The translations under genes and the position numbers were made by a program. DNA of 63,669 nt, counting the filler, from Dimorphilus gyrociliatus (taxonomy: Eukaryota; Animalia; Annelida): the NCBI GenBank assembly GCA_904063045.1. It is 3 parts of 3 records of this genome, joined end to end, with 100 filler letters (N's around TTAATTAATTAA, not from the genome) between each part and the next. Parts side by side here need not be neighbours in the genome. Positions count along the whole stretch, not along the records: positions 1 to 26,109 come from CAJFCJ010000091.1; 2 more parts are not named here. The stretch is one strand, 5' to 3'. Every line of letters starts with the position of its first letter. Positions within the stretch are counted from its first letter, which is position 1. The notes beneath the pieces are model-generated. The model made no database searches and was not told where the DNA came from. It saw only the letters and a list, made by a program, of their open reading frames with translations. Shown here one piece after another: positions 11,393 to 21,333 of the stretch.

Positions 11393-12506
11393 CTACTCAC
11401 TATAGTATAGGCTAAATTCAGAGTTTTTGTCCAATTCCTCTGCATCCAGTAGATATTGGTTGTAGAATTGAAAGAAAGTAAGAACTTGGAAATTATCTCC
11501 AGGAAAATCAGCTATCGTAAGGTTTTCTCTTTTGCATTGATCTTCCATGTCTCCAATTGATATTTGACGTTTGTTTAATCTCAATTTGTAGCAGACATTG
11601 CTGATTCTGAAAGCGCCATCTCCTGGGCAAAAAGGATCTGTTTAAAGTGAGTGTTGGAAAAGAAGGTAATCGATGAACCTTTTTCAAGATTGTTTGAACG
11701 ATTCCGCTTCTGAATATCATCAAAATCTGACCATTTTCTCCTAATGACCATTTGAAAGTGCCCAATGAAACTTTCGAGTGAATGATTCTTGTTAGTAAGG
11801 GACAAAATACTTTTCTCATTCTCAAATAGTCTGTAGATACTTTCACCTTGAGATGATGGGAAAAACTTGATTATATCATTTCATAAGATTTTCCCAGATT
11901 CACCTATTATCTTTTTAAAATTGCAGTACGGGATTATAACCATAATTTTGGGCTTATATCCTGAAATGCATATCTTTTATACTTATTTAAATAAGCGTAT
12001 GATCTCTTCTCATCTTTACCCAGCAATTCCAGTTTGAAATCTAAAATATTGCAGACAAGTACTCTCTTCTGATGATATAACTACATAAATAAAAGAATTT
12101 TTATCATACCTTCTATAACTTTCAAAAAGCAAGTCAAATGATTTTTCAGCTTCTTCAGAACTATAAAACTACCAGTTTTGTTTTCAACTGATAAATTTAC
12201 TTGTCTGTGAAATTTCAACCTGCAAATTAGGCCTACCGAATGAATTAAATCGTGTCCCATTGAATTGCAAACTGCATTAGTTTCTTCAATTGTAAATGTT
12301 GGATATTTTATAAAATAGATATCATTCGAAAGAGATTTAGCTTTTAATTCTCCTTCAACGCTTTCTCTCCTATCAATTTCAAGTTTTATAAACAACCGAT
12401 AACGAGATTTTTCCAGGGATGTTGAAATTGCAAAAAAGGATGCAAGAATTTTCAGCAGACACATCTCAATATGGCAAACATTAATCATAAGAATAATCAA
12501 TTGCAA
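11393..12506 (-). pseudogene. Degenerate long coding exon of unknown product
   Basis: ORFs 12081..12506, 11581..11805 and 11393..11584 join into one protein-like reading broken by single stops. No motif recognised with confidence. Confidence 0.35.
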
Positions 12507-12677
12507 AGGTGAAGATTGAGAAGAGAAATTATAATTAATTGTTCAACTGTTAAATAAAATCTTTGTTTATTTAAATATTCTTTAGATTATCCTAATTGAC
12601 TTGCTTTATATATTTACATAAATTATACTAATCCCAACAGGTTGAGTAGTTTATGGAGCAATGGAAATATTATTTGA

Positions 12678-12800
12678 GAGATGCGACAGAAAATATACAC
12701 AAGTCACTGCTTTTACCCTAACCCTAACCCAGCTATTGGCTGTACCTAGCCTTTTCGATTATCCCTATCCCTTAGATTGCTTCCTCCTCCTTAGTTCACA
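12678..12800. repeat. Partial MITE family A copy (left half with CCCTAA)
   Basis: gagatgcgacagaaaa...ttttaccctaaccctaacccagctattggctgtacctagcc matches 42406-42480. Confidence 0.7.
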
Positions 12801-12885
12801 TATACTGATAAAAAGATAGTGATAACTCATCTAAATAGTTTATATAAATGAAAACAATTCTTGTTCCATCATTACAAAATTTAAG

Positions 12886-13783
12886 ATGAAATCTTTAAGT
12901 ATAATCTTAAATTGTAAGTAGAAATATTTCTTCTTCTTTTTATTCTCTTCTTGTCTTTTCCTCTCTCTCTCTCTGCTACAGTAATCTGGCTAGTTGAAAT
13001 TTGTTTAACTAGTCAATTTTCTTGTCCCCTGAATACTGATCTAGAGCCAATTGATGGATCATATCCCGATCCCGACAACTGTGGAATTTATTATCATTGT
13101 ATTAATGGTACACCTCATGCTCAGCAATGCCCTCCTGGACTTTTGTTTACGGTATTGTTAAAAAATTGCAAGTATAGTTTGCTAACTTCTCTCAATAGGC
13201 CTTTCTCAAATACAGATAATAACAATGTGATTATTGGTAGTGAAAATGGGTCCGAAACATCTTGGACTGGTTTTCATTACGATTCTGATAATGTATTCTT
13301 TGCTGGTAGAAATAATGATCATACATTACAAAGAGTACCAATCCCTCTTCTATACATTGTAACTATCAGAGGAGTGTTTATGCAAGTGCTAGGAATTAAA
13401 TAACTATGTCAACGGATGGATGGTATTTTATCAGTTTTGGTACTGGATTTCCTAGTAGACGTTCTTGTACAATAACCTTGGTAATAAATGATGCTTCAAG
13501 ATCCATTGAAAGATCTATTGTAAAACGTCATTCCGGTCCATTTGCTAATCAAGTATCCAGGGGCGTCATTGTTCACTTGAATGCAAGTGACAGAATAGCG
13601 TTAAATATGTATGTAGGAAGTGCAAGGTCATCAAGACTATCTATATACATTGCAGGATTCCGACTAAATGCAACTGAAGATAGGCCAGCATTTTATGCCT
13701 TGAGAACAGATAAGCTAATAACAAATGTAAGGACAAAAATTGGCTATGATTTAATTGTTCTTGACACAAATTCAGATGTGTGA
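12886..13783 (+). pseudogene. Secreted chitin-binding (CBM14/peritrophin-A) + C1q-like domain protein, frameshifted
   Basis: Exon 1 MKSLSIILN, intron 12914-12981, then CP...DGSYPDPDNCGIYYHCINGTPHAQQCPPGLLF (CBM14). C1q-like strands follow (DGWYFISF, SRGVIVHLNASDRI, AFYAL). Frameshift and TAA near 13350-13400. Confidence 0.7.
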
Positions 13784-14186
13784 ACAATAGCTCAAACTTT
13801 TCTCATTCTGCTGAATTAATTAACATATCCGCCTTTATCTCTCTCAGTAAGTCTCTTTAGACAAAACCCTTATGCACGAAAGAGATAGACTTAACCGAAT
13901 TTTAATCAGGGTGAAAAGGTCATTTCAACAATGAAAGACTTAATGCACTTTGTTGGAAAATTTGAATAGGAACACTATAATGTTTAGCAAAGTCTTTGTT
14001 AAGTTTTAAAAAATCTACAAAGAATTTAGGATTTATCATCTGGATTATGCTCAATTTAGGATTTAAGTAGATAAGCAGATTTAAAACCAATAATCTATTG
14101 GTTAGGGCATTTATGCTTTGGGTTATAAAAGGTTGACAGGCTCTTCCATTGCCATAATCGATTTCATCGAACTTTCAGTCAGAAAG

Positions 14187-15037
14187 ATGTTGAAGATTAA
14201 AAACTTGCAAATATATTTTATAAGTCTTTTTTTTCTTTATCATTTTTTAAGTGTTTTCGTTGTTGGGCCATTTCCTAAAATTAATTTTCCAGATTGTCGA
14301 AGCTATAAATGCAATAATGGAGGTAAGAAATAATAATAATAATTATGTCAACACTTTAAAAGTTGTTTTAAAGGTATATGCATTCAAAAGGGTACTTTTT
14401 GGTGCTGTTCATGCAAACATGGCTACAGTGGGCGTCAATGTCAAATAGCTCCTACTCCTACACCTAAAAGTTTGCAAGGTATAGATTTCTAAATAAATAA
14501 ATCATCTATCTTATGACACTATTACAAGTTTTTTCCTGGTCCTAAAGGTCCACGAGGTGTTCCTGGTCCTAAAGGTCCAAAAGGTACACCTGGTTCACAA
14601 GGTATTCCTGGTGCTCTAGGTCCACCGGGTGTTCCAGGTCCAAAAGGTCCACCAGGTATTCCTGGTCCTAAAGGTTCAAAAGGTACTCCTGGTACTAAAG
14701 GTTCGCCAGGTATTCCTGGTCCTATAGGTCCACAAGGTATTCCTGGTCCTATGGGCTTACCAGGCATTTCTGGTCCTTACTTCCAAATCGGTAGAGATTC
14801 TGATTATTTGTGTAAAAAAGTTATCAATTGCAAGAATGGAGGTAAGAAAAAGAAAATCTATTATTTTAATATCAAACTGTTATTATTCATTCACAAGGTA
14901 CATGCTCATGTTTTGGTTATTCTTGGTTTTGTTCATGTAAAAATGGTTTCAGCGGGCAACTGTGTGAAATAAGTGATCAACCTAGAAAGTGTCCTGTTAT
15001 TAGTTTTGGTTCTGTGCACTTGGATTTAGAAGCATAA
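14187..15037 (+). CDS. Small secreted EGF - collagen (Gly-X-Y) - EGF protein, 4 exons
   Basis: Signal peptide, EGF1 [10 protein letters not shown]|[23 protein letters not shown], a Gly-X-Y run at about 14538-14777, EGF2 [11 protein letters not shown]|[23 protein letters not shown]. Introns 14323-14373, 14479-14528, 14842-14897. One extra T in the T6 run at 14529-14534. Confidence 0.75.
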
Positions 15038-15083
15038 TCATATTTAGACTTTAGATATACTGTATTAGAATTTTAATAACTCA

Positions 15084-15140
15084 TTTACTCAATACATATT
15101 CTTTAAATGAAATACTGACATTTTCTTGATTAATTACTTC
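15084..15140 (+). repeat. Dispersed LTR-like repeat core (family B), copy 2
   Basis: catttactcaatacatattctttaaatgaaatactgacattttcttg matches 49272-49320. Confidence 0.7.
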
Positions 15141-16254
15141 GAAACAAAACATAATTGATTAGTTCACATTGCGAATTTTGCTTAATGAGGATTAGGCTTA
15201 GGGATTAGAACGACCATTAAGGACTGTTAATCCCTTGATTACACTCACTCTATAAATTTGTACAGGCTTTGGGTTAGTGTAGCTCTTTAGAAACTACTAC
15301 CTAAAGTAGCAGATTCTAGCCAGACTGATATTTGATAGGTTTGATGTACCCACAGATCAAATATTGGTGTTTCCAACTTATAAGTTGACCAGTGAAAGTT
15401 AACGAAAATTTCAAACTGATCCGATTCTCTTGAAATTTGCTATAGTATTGAATATGAGAAGCACGAATCCCAATACAAAATTTGAGCTAAATTGACAGAG
15501 CTGTTTAGGAGCAATGGAGTTTTGAAATAAACATTGGTTGTAATTAGTTGTTAACCCTGTCGTTATATTTATTACGTATATAGATCTCTAATTTACCTAT
15601 TGAAATTATCAAAAGTCCAAAATATAACATTGTCTTGTGGACTTGGAATATATTTGCGAAAATATTTTTTCCAAATTTCATTCAAGTATTAAATATCAAT
15701 TATGCTTAAATTTGTTTTTTATTGTCTGTGGCTGTATATCATTGATATAAAAACACTTTCAAACTACAAAGAACATTTGTAGAACTTAGATTCTTAAAGA
15801 GTAAGTGTTAGATATTTAAAAAGGAACAACCAAAAAAAAACTTGGAATAATCAACTTCTGATTTCAATATGTATTTTAGAAATTAGAAGAGAATATAAAA
15901 TTATGATAAAAATATCATTTGATGAACAATTAAAGGGTGTTTAGATATTTTAGTCCATGTTTAAATAAAGAGGAAATTTTGAGTGCATAGTCCTAGTTTT
16001 AACCCTTAGTTGTTTACTACTAAAATGATGTAACTTTTTATCTTTTTATATCTAAAATTATGCCTTGTGCATAATTATTTGGGGGAAATAACATGCAATT
16101 AATTTAAATATTTAAATACAAGCACTTTTTAATCATAGATAAAGTTTAATTTGTAATTATAAACACAAAATCATGTTACAATCAAACACTACAACTATAA
16201 AGAAAAAAAAAATTCTGTTTAGCTGTTTCATATGTTAATTTTTTTTCTGAAAAA

Positions 16255-17283
16255 ATGAATTCAACATTGAATATTACTGAAAATAATTTGAAACAATCAC
16301 TCATTTGGATTGCTACTGATGTAATTCCAATTATTTCTTTAATACTTACAGCATCAATTGGAGTACCATTTAACTTTCTGTCAGCTGTAACAATTGTAAA
16401 AGGCAACTTAATGAAAGTAACTGTGTTTAAATACCTTTTTGCAGTGACCATTTCAGATTTATCTATTTCACTCTTAATAATTTTACAATCAGCAGACAAG
16501 TTGTCAATAATAACAGCAAATGAAGTGTTGTATTTATGGATAATATGCAAATTCTCTCAATATCTATTAATGGCTTTTACCCAAATGTCTGCTCTATGTC
16601 TAATCTCAGTTACATTTGATCGTTTTTTATGCATAGCTTTTCCAACAAAATCTAAAGTTTGGTCAACTGATAAAGTTTGCACGTTCAACATTCTGGTTGT
16701 GGGCCTATTTTGTGCACTAATCAATACACCTTCTCTTTGGATTTTAAATAGTGTACAAAAAATTTCTCCTACATTGTTAGAATGCCATATAAATTTTAAC
16801 CTTTCATATACCATACACTTTGGCACAGCTGTCAATGTATTGGCCACTGTCTTTCCGTGTTGTTGTATCGGATTATTAAACATTTTAATTATTACCTATC
16901 TGAAAAAACATGTTAAAAAGATGAGTAGAATTAGCAGTGAAGATCATATGACTAAGATGAAAACATCAGCAAAAAAATTAATTGTTTTGACTCTATCACT
17001 ATCAACAGTTTTTGTAATAACAGCTTTTCCAATTTCTATATATGATTTGATTGTATTATTTAATCCGGATGTTGTTTCGAATGAGATTGGAATGGTTTTC
17101 AATAGTGTTTTAATTCAACTTTTTCAGATAAATAATATGATTAATTTTGTGTTTTATTGCCTGAATGGTGGAAAGTTTAAAATTGAATTTTATAAACTTA
17201 TCTGTTGCAAAAAATTTTCTCAAAAAGGCAGCTCAGCTTCACCAAATACAACAAATATGTCAATGGTAGCCACTAAGAATTAA
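16255..17283 (+). CDS. Class A (rhodopsin-like) GPCR, single exon, peptide-receptor-like
   Basis: 342 aa with 7 hydrophobic segments, ISDL (TM2), TFDRFLCI (DRY-like), FPISI (TM6), INFVFY (TM7). Confidence 0.93.
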   Translation: MNSTLNITENNLKQSLIWIATDVIPIISLILTASIGVPFNFLSAVTIVKGNLMKVTVFKYLFAVTISDLSISLLIILQSADKLSIITANEVLYLWIICKFSQYLLMAFTQMSALCLISVTFDRFLCIAFPTKSKVWSTDKVCTFNILVVGLFCALINTPSLWILNSVQKISPTLLECHINFNLSYTIHFGTAVNVLATVFPCCCIGLLNILIITYLKKHVKKMSRISSEDHMTKMKTSAKKLIVLTLSLSTVFVITAFPISIYDLIVLFNPDVVSNEIGMVFNSVLIQLFQINNMINFVFYCLNGGKFKIEFYKLICCKKFSQKGSSASPNTTNMSMVATKN

Positions 17284-17309
17284 AGATTCTGCACATAGTT
17301 AACCTCCAG

Positions 17310-17770
17310 ATGAAACAGTCTTATTATTGTCTGTTGCGATGATACAATGGCATATTTACCCAACAATTTGGATATATGATTGATATGGGATAGTCTGTCA
17401 TTTTGATCATAGAGAATAACAGTTCCATAAGATTAGCCAACAGGATGCAAATACAGTAAAAATTAGAAAATAAAGTTCTAGCTAAATGTAGAGAATATTA
17501 AATCATGTTGTCTGTATCATTTGGAACTGCTATTCTCCTCTTTGTTTGTCAAAATTACAAAAAATAATACAGAAAAAACATTAAACTAGATATACAAACT
17601 TTGTTGAAAAAAACTGCTCCAGTTGTTAAAATATTACCAATAGTTCCAATGATTATAGATGTAACTATAAATATCAAGTAAGGTAATGGCTATATCAAAT
17701 CTTTTCTTTATAAATTCTGATCCAGAATTTGAAGTATTTTTTGTAAAAAGCGATGATAAATCCATATTGT
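17310..17770 (-). pseudogene. Decayed, internally deleted class A GPCR
   Basis: Frameshifted TM1 IVTSIIIGTIGNILT and TM6-like FTVFASCWL, tail-to-tail with the intact GPCR. Confidence 0.5.
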
Positions 17771-18263
17771 TTTTCAAAAAGCTTCATTTTTGAGAAAATT
17801 AAGATAAAATAGCTTCATAACTTCTCATATATTAAAAAATGGCCTATGAGTTTGACACTACTCATTAGAGACATTGTACTTGGTTTAAGGACAAAAGAAA
17901 GAACATGCGCTCCAAAGAAAATCACAAAATTGTAAAGGAGAAGGTTGCCGAGGGAACTACAAATGGACCATAAACAAAACCAAGCTCCTAGAAAACCAAA
18001 AAAAACAGGAAGAAGGACACCCTACTGTACAACTTTGGTTATATTTTACATGCTTGAACTCTATTATTTTATGCAACATATACATGTACATCTTAAAACC
18101 TACGCAAGAAAATGCTATAACATTGGCCAAACATAAGTCTGATTAGTCAGCTTGAAGGCTCATCTTTAATTACCAATAAAGGTTTGGCCAAGTTATAATT
18201 TAATTAACTTGCCTAGGGTGTGGCCAAGTTATAATTCAATTAACCTTCCTAAATGTTGAACCT

Positions 18264-18660
18264 TGTAACATCCTGTTACTAAAGATAAATATGAACTACA
18301 CATTTCGGCAACTGTAAAGTGATGATTGGATGTCAGAGACAAACCTCAAAGTATATAAATCCTCATTATTCTCATTTGGCATGCAGCTTCCATCTGGACC
18401 CAAGGACCTGGGAAAATCATCTGGAAACAACCTCCACTGGAACCATCCATCTACTCCTCAACATTGGAAGACAGTTTGGTAATTTGGCAACCTGCTATTA
18501 CAAACTATCTACTCTGCTATTGAACTCTCATATTGTTACTTGCTTAAGTATTATTATTGCGAATAAACCATTTTAATTTAAACATTTGTTTAAAGGTTCG
18601 AGTAGAACCAGTATTGTTATAACTTGCAAGCGCATAGATTTTGCCAGCAAGAACAGTACA
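18264..18660 (+). repeat. Putative 5' LTR of the Gypsy element (left boundary uncertain, may extend to about 18140 or further)
   Basis: TGTAAC...TACA ends, TATA-like gtatataaat at about 18350, lies just before the PBS. 18443-18543 is repeated (inverted) at 41731-41850. Confidence 0.6.
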
Positions 18661-18664
18661 AATT

Positions 18665-18682
18665 TGGCGCAGTCGACAGGAT
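18665..18682 (+). promoter_or_regulatory. Primer-binding site, tRNA-Ser-like
   Basis: TGGCGCAGTCGACAGGAT lies between the LTR end (CA at 18660) and the gag ATG (18721). It resembles the tRNA-Ser 3'-end complement used by 17.6/297/Idefix-type elements. Confidence 0.75.
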
Positions 18683-18720
18683 ATTCTTTTGGTTTATTCA
18701 AAAGTTTTGAGAAAGTAAAT

Positions 18721-21333
18721 ATGGCAGAAGGAGGAAATGGAAACGCCACTGGGGCAGTTACAGACTCTAACCCTTCAACCCCAGCAACTCCAACAATTAC
18801 AATTCAGCCAGCAGGAATGTCAGAAAGGCAACAAAGACTAATTGAAGACTATGATAGATTGGTGAGTGAAATGAAAAGAAATCGAATCACAATTCCAACA
18901 GATCATGGAGATGGAACACATCACCCAGCACAGAACCCAAATGTTGATATCACAACAGTAATTCAAGCATTAAGGGCTGCTTGGGACCGCCCTCAAAGAA
19001 CTATTCTCAAGTTGTATGATGGAAGCAAGGAGTGTTCAAAATTCAAAGAAGACTTTAATCAGGCATGTTATGCTTATGGTTGGATAGGAGAAGATGTTGT
19101 GAAAGCAAATCTTTTAGATTATTTAACTGGTCCTGCAAAGGATTTGGTGTTGGCTCTGGATGGAGAGCCTACTGTGGAGGAAATATGGAAAGCCCTCCAT
19201 GACGAATTTGATCTGGATCCTTTGGAGTATCAAGAGAAATTGCTTAACTTAAAGCAAATGAATGGCGAAAGTGTGGTTCAGTTTGTTAATAGAGCAAAGA
19301 AATTGATAAAGAGGTTTTCTCCACCTAGACCAATGGAACCACAATTGCTTGCAACTATGAAAGAAATAAAACTGATGGAAGTTTTACAAAGAGGATTACA
19401 ACAGGATATTCTACATTTAGTGTACACCTTACATCCTAAATGTCAAACATTGGCAGAACTATATGAGGCTGCTAAGCAAGCAGAAACTTCATTAAAACTA
19501 ACTCAAAGAAAACCGATCACAATGGTGTCAAAATTGGAAACTCAACAAAGAAAAGAGACCAAAAAGACCCAGGTAATCAGAAAAGATGCTTCTACAGAAA
19601 CCCCAAATTTTTGGAATAGAAAGCATGTACCTGACAACAAAAATGCTACTAAAGAAAAGTTTTCAAGCCAAAAAGTCCAAAAGTATGCACCAACTACAAC
19701 AAATAGGTATTATAAGAAAAATCAACCAGCAAAGACGATACTGAAAGAGGAACCTAAGCTACAAAAATTAGAAACATTAGACAATGAAAGCATGTCAGAA
19801 AACGACGAAGTTCAAGATATTCTCTGTTTTTCAGATAGTGACGAATCCACTTGTCAGCTGTTACAAAGCAAACAATCTGAGCGAAATGCCTCAACATTTA
19901 TTGGACAATTTGAAACTAATACTGGTTTTAAGTTTGATGCCTTGATAGACTCTGGTAGTGACAGATCTTTCATTTCAAAAAAGGTATTAAGACAAGTTCA
20001 AGGAAAAGCATCCTTCCCAGAACAAACTGTGAAAAATGCTAGAGATGCTTCAGGAAATAGCATTGAGATATGTGGAGAAATCATTCTCAGACTTTATTTT
20101 AATGGAAAGATTATTAAACAACGCTTTCTGATCAACAAAATCATTACACAACAATGTATTATTGGGTGTGACTTTCTACAACAAAATGGAGCTACCCTTG
20201 ACTTTGGCAAGAGACAGATTATACTCCAGCCAGGTACAGAAAAGAATTACCCTGTTGGAACACAACACTTATCTTTCAAAGGATTTTACCCAGTTCCTCT
20301 TATTATGAAAAAGAATGAGAGTCAAATACATACCCTTCAGACAACAATTGAACAAGAAAATCCCGAGATGAAGAACAAAGTTACCCAAATTCTGGCAAGA
20401 TATAAAGAAACTATTGCAGAAGACAGATTTGATATTGGCAATCCAGAGGTACCACCCTTGGAAATAACTCTTGAACCAGGTTCAACACCATATAGACAAA
20501 GGCCATATAGAATGCCTCCTCAAAAACAAGAAGAATGTAAGCAACAGATAGCTGAATTGGTAAAAAGCAAAGTTATTCAACCAAGCAAGAGCAATTGGGC
20601 TTCACCAATTGTTTTCGTAAGAAAGAAGGAAGGTAGTCTACGAATGTGTGTAGATTATAGAAAACTAAACAAAATGACAGTTAAAAACAAGTATCCACTG
20701 CCAAATCAAGATGATCTTTTTGACCATTTGGGAGGAGGAAATAAATTCTTTTCTACAATGGATTTGACAAGTGCATACCACCACATTAACATCAAGAAAG
20801 AAGATAGGTCTAAAACAGCATTTATTACACCTTTTGGCTTGTTTGAATTTATTAAGATGCCTTTTGGATTAACGAATGCCCCTCCTCATTTTAGTTATGT
20901 AATGAATTCATTTGTGCTAAAGGATGTAAAGCATTTGTGCCTAAACTACCTTGATGACATAATAATATTTACCAAGTCGCTGGACCAACATTGGGAAGCA
21001 TTGGAGACCATTCTTCAACAGATTCAAAAGTACAATTTTAAGATTAAACTAAGTAAATGTGTGTTTTTGAAAGAACAAGTTCAATTCTTGGGACACATTG
21101 TATCAGAAAAGGGGATTGAAACAGATAAGTCCAAGACAGATAAATTATATAATTTACAGCCACCAGTGTTTGCAAATTCACTACTAAGCTTTGTTGCATT
21201 TTGTGGCTATTACAGAAAATTTATACAAGATTTTGCAAGAGTAGCTAAACCTCTGTATATGTTAATGAAACTACATGGGAAAAGGATAAATTGCAATGGA
21301 CTGAGGAAGCCAAGCAATCATTTTTCAAGTTGA
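18721..21333 (+). CDS. gag-pol: Gag-protease-reverse transcriptase polyprotein (single frame)
   Basis: Capsid-like gag (LYDGSKECSKFKEDF...LKQMNGESVVQF), FDALIDSGSDRSFIS, WASPIVFVRKKEGSLRMCVDYRKLN, YLDDIII. Frameshift near 21290 into RNase H. Confidence 0.95.
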   Translation: MAEGGNGNATGAVTDSNPSTPATPTITIQPAGMSERQQRLIEDYDRLVSEMKRNRITIPTDHGDGTHHPAQNPNVDITTVIQALRAAWDRPQRTILKLYDGSKECSKFKEDFNQACYAYGWIGEDVVKANLLDYLTGPAKDLVLALDGEPTVEEIWKALHDEFDLDPLEYQEKLLNLKQMNGESVVQFVNRAKKLIKRFSPPRPMEPQLLATMKEIKLMEVLQRGLQQDILHLVYTLHPKCQTLAELYEAAKQAETSLKLTQRKPITMVSKLETQQRKETKKTQVIRKDASTETPNFWNRKHVPDNKNATKEKFSSQKVQKYAPTTTNRYYKKNQPAKTILKEEPKLQKLETLDNESMSENDEVQDILCFSDSDESTCQLLQSKQSERNASTFIGQFETNTGFKFDALIDSGSDRSFISKKVLRQVQGKASFPEQTVKNARDASGNSIEICGEIILRLYFNGKIIKQRFLINKIITQQCIIGCDFLQQNGATLDFGKRQIILQPGTEKNYPVGTQHLSFKGFYPVPLIMKKNESQIHTLQTTIEQENPEMKNKVTQILARYKETIAEDRFDIGNPEVPPLEITLEPGSTPYRQRPYRMPPQKQEECKQQIAELVKSKVIQPSKSNWASPIVFVRKKEGSLRMCVDYRKLNKMTVKNKYPLPNQDDLFDHLGGGNKFFSTMDLTSAYHHINIKKEDRSKTAFITPFGLFEFIKMPFGLTNAPPHFSYVMNSFVLKDVKHLCLNYLDDIIIFTKSLDQHWEALETILQQIQKYNFKIKLSKCVFLKEQVQFLGHIVSEKGIETDKSKTDKLYNLQPPVFANSLLSFVAFCGYYRKFIQDFARVAKPLYMLMKLHGKRINCNGLRKPSNHFSS

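Noticed and set aside
14522-14767. Minus-strand Pro/Gly-rich ORF
   Set aside because: Antisense shadow of the plus-strand collagen exon, which has proper splice sites and flanking EGF exons.
16182-16883. Minus-strand ORFs overlapping the 16.2-kb GPCR, and similar antisense ORFs over the LRR-GPCR exons
   Set aside because: No motifs; typical shadows of a strongly supported opposite-strand gene.
17996-18035. Purine tract followed by TGTAC as a PPT and LTR start
   Set aside because: About 8 nt separate the tract from the TG, and no matching LTR is available to confirm it.
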